A DNA stretch of 45,120 nucleotides, taken from contig KZ538181.1 in assembly GCA_000934665.2 (NCBI GenBank), positions 62,001 through 107,120 on the forward strand, given 5' to 3'. Source of the DNA: Catajapyx aquilonaris. Taxonomy: Eukaryota. Position 1 is the stretch's first letter; each line of letters starts with the position of its first letter. A program made the translations under genes and the position numbers. Positions 37,062 through 45,120 of the stretch are shown here, piece after piece. Below the pieces are notes generated by a model. That model was given only the letters and a program-made list of their open reading frames with translations, made no database searches and was not told where the DNA came from.

Positions 37062-37150
37062 CTATCGGGTTCAAATACTTTTGGCCACTTTATCCTGGCC
37101 TTGAAGCAACCCTTGACGATAAAGTGGCCAAAAGTATTTGAACCCGATAG
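37062..37150. mobile_element. Miniature Tc1/mariner-type MITE, 89 bp
   Basis: Perfect 33-bp TIRs ctatcgggttcaaatacttttggccactttatc (37062-37094 / 37118-37150), 23-bp spacer, TA on both flanks. Confidence 0.85.
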
Positions 37151-40100
37151 TACAGTACGTACTGTATAAGACCGATTTTGCTAGGTCCGGTGAGCTTTTT
37201 GGTGCGTAAACACTTGATAGTTCCTATACTATAGAAAGGTGAAAGCTAGAATTTCAAAGCAGAAGTATAATTTAGCTGAGATATTGGCGTCATAGTGTTA
37301 CGGATTACTTTTTTCAAGTTAAAAATACCACAGAAGGCGCTATAGGAAACAAGATATAAGAATATTCTTACCATTGAAAGGAGATTTCCAATTTTTAAAG
37401 TCATAATTATAGCCTACATTGTTCACTGAAACATACAATTAATGAACTTGATGTGGTATCCCAAATCAATACCATAATGAAGGGCCGGACAATGTACAAA
37501 AGGTATTATGCAGTTATCAAATTAATTAAATATCAATTTTAGTTACCAAAAAATTGGACATGTTAAACCAGTGCCAGAATAATTTAATTATACTGTAAAT
37601 TATTGCAATTTTAGAGCACCTACCGTGGCCACCTGAAACTTTTAAAAAAATCAAAATCGCAACACTCTGGTCCCAATATTCTGAGTCCAGCACCCCTGTT
37701 TTGCAACTCTAGGACACATAAATAATGGATTTTTGAAGTAGAGACGGGGTTGACTGCGAGCTGAAAAGGAGTTAACCCCCTGTTCAAATACATAATGGCA
37801 GTTCAACCCCGTGTCAAGGGTCGAGTTAGAACCTGGAGTCAACCCAGGGCGGGGGGCAGAGTCAGCCATGGAGTGTCAGAAAATGTTAGAAAAATGTTAT
37901 AAAAAGTTGCGTAATGTGTTTTGAACCAACCATTGGAGATCCAACATTGATGACTTCATGGCTTGGTTCGACCTCATAGTTCTTCATCTGAAGGACAGGG
38001 ACATTCCATGAACATATACAGCATACTTTGTACTTACTTTCATAAATGTGAGTAAGCTTTGTTACCTTGGACTCTTTGGTGCCGCAGCGCATTTTGTCAA
38101 AGGCACGTCGAAATACCTCGGATAGTCCTTCCATGCACTTTTTCAATTCCATGACTAACCAAGATGTGGTACGATCTGGAATGCACATATGACATGTCAC
38201 CATGATGTATCACATGATTTTTGATCATGACTTACCTATATTAGGGGCTTTTTCAGCACTACGTGTAGCTCTTAAATTTTTAGCTTGTGCTCTACACGAT
38301 CCTTAGCACTAACAATAAGTGTGATGTTTACAGCGGGGTAACATGGCAATGTTGTATCAGATATTCTTTTGTTTGCTGTTGGTCGGAAATCCTGTTGATT
38401 TTGTTCATAGGTGCCAATAGAATATGTCATTTATGCTATTATTTGGGGAAATAAATTATAGCCTGCTTCTGAAGGCTTGCACCATGTCATCCTACTACAA
38501 ATCCCTATTTCTAAACGTAATAATTGCTTCCGTATGCTGCACAATGAAACGAATAGCCTATTTGCAATTCTTTGACGTACAGTACAGCTTTTTGAAGTCC
38601 AACAATACAGCTTTTACCAATGCATAAAAACCAATGTAAGATTAGGATTCTCTACAGTCCTGTCAGACCGTAATATTTTGATGACAATTTGCATAATTGT
38701 GATTCATAAAGCAAGGGCGAAAGAAAAGAGGTCCCATTTTCCTGGGAAGAATGGGGAAAGCTTTTTGCTACAACATGTGTTCATTTTAGACGGGGGCCTA
38801 AGATGGAAGGCGGAAAGAAGTGGGGCAGGCGGCAAGGAATGCTTTTATTACTCGATATCGCTGCAGATGTCGGCAGATTTATTCTACTTAATAAAAAGGG
38901 GACTCCAACGTATAGAGAGAAAACGCTTTTGAATATATGTAAGTTACTTGAATAAATTGTTAGAAGTTCATGCTTATTACCGGTCAATACTCCCCAGTGG
39001 CGTGCCCAGGATTCTTTACAAAGAGAGTGATTAAAGCCATGACGTGTCTCATGGAAGGTGATTTGTGCAACAGCGCGTTTTGATTTCTGGCTATTGTGCG
39101 ACCATTTGCGCAAAATTGGGCAATTGTTATTATCTTGAGCGAACACTACATTGCGGGTCCCCCTTTCGAACAATCAAAAAGGGGTGGGAGGTTTCTTCTG
39201 ACATGAAGTGCAGTCTGAACTGGGCTGAGCAATATGCTTTATTTTTTGCTCTAGGATTTACATACAGTACATTTGTGACAACTCCCTCCAAGGAATGGGC
39301 CGTGGAAGGATCGAAGTGAGACAATTTTACAAAATGTCTCCGGATATTATGTTGATCAATAGCTTAGGATATCATTACTGCATTGCTGGATTGCAATTTT
39401 CATTCGACAGAATTTGCAATATGAAACAAATGATAGGTCCTTATTGATTTCGTGTAGCATGACAGAAGGTGCCGCCATTTGTGGAACATATTTCTCCAAT
39501 CTGGTCTTTTTGATGCAGGGTAGGTCAAAAATAATTTCTTTTTCAGAATAACTGCAGTCGCGTTTTTTTTACTTACACGAGGCTGCTGTTCCAGGAAATC
39601 TAATTTTTTATTTCTAAAAATGGAAATAATTAGAGCAGATATTCTGCATGAATAGACTGCACACGTAACCCTGCCTCATTATCTTTTCAATGCTCAGCCG
39701 GGGAGATGGTGTCGGACAGCACTTGACATGCTGCAAAAATTAGCCTACATTCACACCTACCTGCACCAACACACTAAAATTCACCAGTTGCGAAGGTCTA
39801 GCAAAGGTTCAATGCAGAGGTCGGTTCTGCAAAAAAAGGAAGAATTCTCTTGCTACTTACTTGCAAAAAAAAAGTAGGGCAGCCGGGTATGGAAGCCATT
39901 TCTAGCCGTCTTCTCCACCATGAAGGCTTGCACCATCTAATCGCCCGACACCCCTCTACCCACTCCCTCCTCTACCCGAATAGAACCATTTGTTTCCGGG
40001 TGTTTTAACCCCTTGGCTCGGCCTCCTGAATATTTCAGTCTCGTGTTATTTAGGCAAGAAAGTGCCTCGGGAGCGCTTAAGGGAATGGCGGAAGGTGTGC

Positions 40101-42413
40101 GTGAGGAAAGGTTGTTATCAGAAAGTGGGGTGAGCAAAGAGGATGAAACTTTTGGGAAAAGTTGTGCCCCGCCGCTGCTTGCCACTCCGGGATTTTTTTT
40201 TTGTTTATTTTTTGGCTCGGCATAGGCGTCACTGACCTGGCTCATATATGGCCAGAGGATGGGGGAGAAATGCTAGGATACACAGGCGTGTGCTTGCTAA
40301 AACAAGGTAGGGCTTTTTTTGGGCATGTTCGGATTGTTTCTGCTGAGCGCCCCACTAACGTTACTAATGGCATAAGTTAACTGTAGTGGACTATACATTA
40401 GCAAGGTAGAATTCTTTCCTGACAATTAAGTGGGCATATTCAACCGAGTATGCCACTCTAATAGCAAGAATATGTGCCCATCTGAGTAGCATAAAAATGA
40501 GTTGTGACTGGAAGTGGGCTTTACTGCAGAGTAATTGCACATTTTCTACCAAAAAAGGTGTGGTTTAGAACTGCGGTTTTAAGACATACAACATACAAAA
40601 TTGGTTAAATTTTCAAACAAATTACATTATTAAATATTACATTATTAAATATCTGGTATCTATATAGAAATGTCACCGCTGAACCAATATTGCAATGTCT
40701 TTTTGGCGTGTTCTGCATGTTTTTGTCGCATGTTCTAAAAATGGGGACAAAAAAGACACTTCACAATAATTGATTGACACTCTCTTCTGGTTCTTCCCAC
40801 TCGATATGCGATACTGCTGCACATTTAGTGCTACTCATTACCAACTTTCATTACAAGTAGATCCTAACACGCCCATTCATCAACTATATGGTAGCAGCGC
40901 TTAGCGATGAGATTTTCTCGCGAATTGTGACTAACTGCTGGACGAAAATGAAAATAGCCATTGGCTCATCGCATTTCAAAGTATCGTTCATGTTACACCT
41001 TTCCTCTCGGTTAAAATCATCCCCTGTAATACTGCGATGAATAAAGATGATTTGTACTATTTTGCTCAGTCCCAGTAGCACTACACTCACTATCGGGGTA
41101 TTCAGAGCGAGGTTTATGGACAGTGATATCAGTGGAAAGAATGCATCGAATAGAGATGCGTTCAAAATTTGTCTTTTACTAAAGCCATTAATTATTGCTG
41201 AAACATTTTTAATTTAAAAAAAATGTTAATGGTAAGTGATGGGTTACCGAATTAGCGCAGAACATTTTCTTATTGGACAGTGAAACAGTCCTATATTCCC
41301 ACATGAGTACAATCTGAAATGACAAAAGCTACAAATGCTATATGTCGCCTGTCAACCGGACAAGCCATTTCGTGTGCATATAATTGTCCATGACAGTCCT
41401 TATTTGGACAAGTCAAGCTGAATGCCGCTCAGGTTATCTGGGGATGATGAGGAGCGTCGACTTTCTTTTCTCCTGTCCCATCACCTATCATGCAAGGGAT
41501 TTCCAAAATGCTACGTCATTCTCCTTCCTGCCATCCTTTATGGGTCTATCAGGCTTTCGTCATGGATTGAAAAGAACTTTCCGATTGCCTTCAACAAGGA
41601 GAAATGGAAGCAGTCCTACGAGACCGTCTTGGAAGTGACTCGACCGAATCCGCTGGTATTTTCTTCTCCGCGGCTCAGCTCCGCTCATTGCCGAGCTCTA
41701 GAGATAAGAAGGAAAAAAGGCTAACTCGGGATGCTCTCAACAAAACTTTCATGTGCATGGAAATACGGGGAGAAAGGGGCTGTGTCTTGGAAAGTTTTAG
41801 CCGACTGGAGGATATCTCCATGGAGACTCAATCGCAGACATCTTGTCAGCTGTCAAGGAGACCTTTCTGTGCCCCTTAATCCGACCTCTCTTGGATCCAT
41901 TTCAGAGGAAACCGACCTCCAGGCATCCTGTTGCATGCATTTTGCCGACCTTCGTCTTGGGCCTCTGTCGCTTGTGACAATGGCCACTTGACGCTGGTAG
42001 GTAAAGTGCATGGCGAGGTCAGGGTATTGCCGAAAGGGGATGATATAGACAGTGTGTCAAGACTGCCTTATGATGTTGGTTGATATGTACATGAATTTTG
42101 GTACCGTTGACGACATGTTCAATTGTTTTTTCCTTGATTTTGCTCAGTGCCAATTTCTGGAAAAGCACATTTGATCAGGGCTACCAGCAGGCGTCTTTTC
42201 AAAATAAGTGGAAGGTGAGAGTGAAAGCCTTTATGGCAGTAGATTGTGGTCTCGCAAATGGAAGGTTCAGATTACATATTCAGGAACAAAGATGAAAGGA
42301 GGAGGAAGTACAGGCCTGGAAAAGAGGTATACTGTAGATAGATAACACAAAGTAGATGAACTCAAGTTGATACTGCAGGAACTTGCGTTCAGTATACTGT
42401 AAGAGGCGTATAC

Positions 42414-42478
42414 TCATCCAGGCACGAATCTTGTTAAAAAATTATGATTCTGATGGACACCATTACCAACTGAGCCAC
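42414..42478 (-). mobile_element. Possible decayed tRNA-like SINE head
   Basis: Minus strand GTGGCTCAGTTGG (A-box-like) with a weak B-box-like AGATTCGTGCC about 35 nt downstream; no body or tail recognised. Confidence 0.25.
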
Positions 42479-45120
42479 TTCAAACAGCCGGCGACAAAGT
42501 GTCCTTGCACATAAGAGTAATGTTAGGTACACCTTAAATCTGTAAACATTTCATGGCCATTAGCCTATTGTTCCGGAAATTCCTGCAGTCTCTCGTTACT
42601 GCAGACTTTAAATCAGTATGTGGCACGTAACCCTCCAGAAAATTAGACCCTGGTTTGACGCTCGTCATACCAATCACCGCAATTCACATAATCGGATTCC
42701 TGGAGCTCCTCGCCTATCCAGGCATTCGACTTAGTGACTGTGATTGCGGGTGGAAAGTTTCAATCGTCACCTTCCTGCCAATTTGGGTCTTTATTAATAC
42801 GCCTCCAAAACGCAGTAATTGAGTCGCTCTCTGCTTCAATTGTGCTAGTGGAAATTACTGCATATTAAGCCCTGAGGCGCGTGCTGGAAAATAACCTGGC
42901 GTTCCCCAGAGCTATTAGCTTTTCCCTCCATGTTCCCCATTGTGACGACGTTAATGCAGTACTTTTGACAATGACAGATGACCAACCGCCCAATGTTGCC
43001 ATCTTACATAATTGCGGCTGGGTGATTGTGGCTGAAAGGGCTCAGCAGACGCACGTACAAAAAAAAATGTGGTTGGACAGGGTTTTGTCGCCATGAGAGG
43101 TATAGAGTCCGGGAATAACCTTTTTGAACAAAAAAATGGTGTGGGTTAGGGGGCACCCAAATGGGCACCCAAATTTCAACCTTGCGTGCCTCACGTCTCG
43201 AGGGGGGGGGGGGGNCTAACCCAAATGACAGGCGTTGTGACAATGCCTGCTTCCAACATCTACTGAAAAAGAACACGTAAATCTGTAAATGACGGGGTCA
43301 TTAGCAAAAACGAAGCTATTTTTAATGGGAAATTGATATTGCACGTGGGGAATATGGGAGTTAGAGAACTTACCTGGTTCCATGTATTGACAAAATATGA
43401 ATGAATTTTCCTCTGAAACTAGCTCAGGGGGGGGGGCGGGCGTCAGGGTCCTTTTTCCAGGAACTCAGTACCCTAGCTTGATATCGACCGCTGTAGGATC
43501 CTTTCTTTCGGAATATGTTCGCACATGAGATAAACGACCTTCCAATTTTGCAATACCTTTCCTTTCAATGCCATATTTTATATTCAACTGCCTAAGCCAT
43601 TTGGGAACTGTCATGCTCCCATGTGATAATACGACTCGGGGGATTATGTAGCCAACCTATACACAAATTGAGTAGGTTTTGTCGAATTTAGTCGGCAAAT
43701 ATTATTTGTTGACTTGTGTAAGGACATGTTTGAGGTTTTCAGCTTTGAGCGTCAAATAAACGTCTTTGGGGTTAGTCTTGTTGACGGCGAGATAGCATGA
43801 GTTATTCGACTTCCAATTCTGCTGTTAACTTTACACCATCCCGTTGGAAAGCGATCCATGAACGTGGGTTTGCTGGAGTGCTTCATGTCAATCCACACAC
43901 TATTTGCTTAGGGAAACAGAACCTACGAGATTGACGGTAGAAGTCTTGTATTATTCAGGTAGCGTTTCTATTACGTTTGTCATCTCACTGTGTACTTTTT
44001 GCTGTTTCCTCGTCTTTAACGGCTATGCCATGGATAAATGCTAGATACAGTGGGCCACTGTAATCTGTGGCTAATTGGTTCCAAGCCCTCCCACCGATAA
44101 ATGAAACCCTCTGACAAACCAAACCCTATAATACTGTATACCGTAATTTTTAACACACAGTATAATATAGACCTACCTATTAATAACTTTCATTTACTAA
44201 TATATACTCAGACATCAACAATGAATTAACAATAAAGATTTTATGCTGATTGCGAATATTTGCTTTCCTAACATGATCAAGTCAACGTGGCGTGCAATTG
44301 CGCGCATTCCACTTTCTTCGGTACACATTTTTTCAACGTATAGATATTCGTGAAACGTGTGACCCGCCATACTTCATGAGGAAAAAATTGGAACTTTTGT
44401 GACTTTTACTACGTGGAACTACCGTAGTAATAATGAATGCTTAACGAATTATGTGACTATGAGAACACTCAATAATTTGATCAGAACAGGAGGCTGTTCC
44501 AAGCTTTCAGCTTTCACTATGCAGCTAATGAACAAAAAATGTAGGTAAAATTATTGTGCAGTAAGATGTTAATTTGTGAAGCAGGTGGGAAATTTATGCA
44601 TTTTCAAATCTGTAATAATATTATTCATGGCCTTAAGGTGGAAATGAAGCTAGAGTCACTCAATGAGAATTTTATGAAAAAAACATATGTTACGCAGTTT
44701 TGTGTCCTCTTATCAATGGTGCAAAGAAAAATACACGTCACCATGCAAATTAGCGAACTAGAGGGCTCAGAAGTTCGCGATTTAACATGGGCCCTTATGG
44801 CAGAATTTTCAATAGTCCACAAAAAAATGATAAGCAAATGAGAATTTTAAAATTTAATGTGTAATATGTCGGGAATTATATACTGATCGCAACCGCAAAA
44901 AGAAAAACCTACCTCACCATGCTCTTTCAATTTGTATTGCGGAAAAACGATCCGAAAATGATCCAGTGACGTCACCTTGCTCCACTCGAGTGAGGCAGTG
45001 GCAACACTGCGTTGTTTACGGTGGCGAGATACGGTTGCATACGACCGCGAAATATGAGTGCAAGTTAGTATGATGGTTTTCACAATGGCTCACACAGGAT
45101 TTTCGTTTGGCGGGGGTGTT

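Larger units (their letters stand above)
2604..45120 (+). other. Probable very large intron downstream of the CRIM1-like exon (open-ended at window edge)
   Basis: There is a GT donor at 2604. I found no convincing downstream Cys-rich exon (e.g. the expected PGECCP-type module) by eye. The sequence is TE-rich non-coding DNA. This is inference, and small exons may have been missed. Confidence 0.5.

Noticed and set aside
40621..40650. Short perfect tandem duplications (15 bp x2 here; 12 bp x2 at 43151-43174)
   Set aside because: Ordinary slippage or repair duplications with no further structure

Overview
This is animal (eukaryotic) genomic DNA from a draft assembly, with Ns mostly inside G/C homopolymers. 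The transposon types suggest an arthropod, possibly an insect, but that is inference. Nearly all ORF-track entries look like chance ORFs. The only host coding sequence I recognise is one 174-nt phase-1/phase-1 exon (2430-2603, +). It encodes the six-cysteine module that follows the IGFBP domain in CRIM1-type BMP-binding proteins, so the rest of the window is probably very large intron(s) of that gene. The non-coding DNA holds three different tRNA-derived SINEs that share one 3' tail motif, and a fold-back mariner built from two 3' ends. It also holds several Tc1/mariner and PIF/Harbinger MITEs, a DINE/HINE-like element, LINE debris, unexplained perfect palindromes (23681-23780, 34399-34450) and a cluster of Su(H)/CSL sites. 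I see no operon, CRISPR array or rRNA, and no clear new multi-gene system. The best leads are the shared SINE tail, the palindromes and fold-backs, and the candidate Notch-responsive enhancer.
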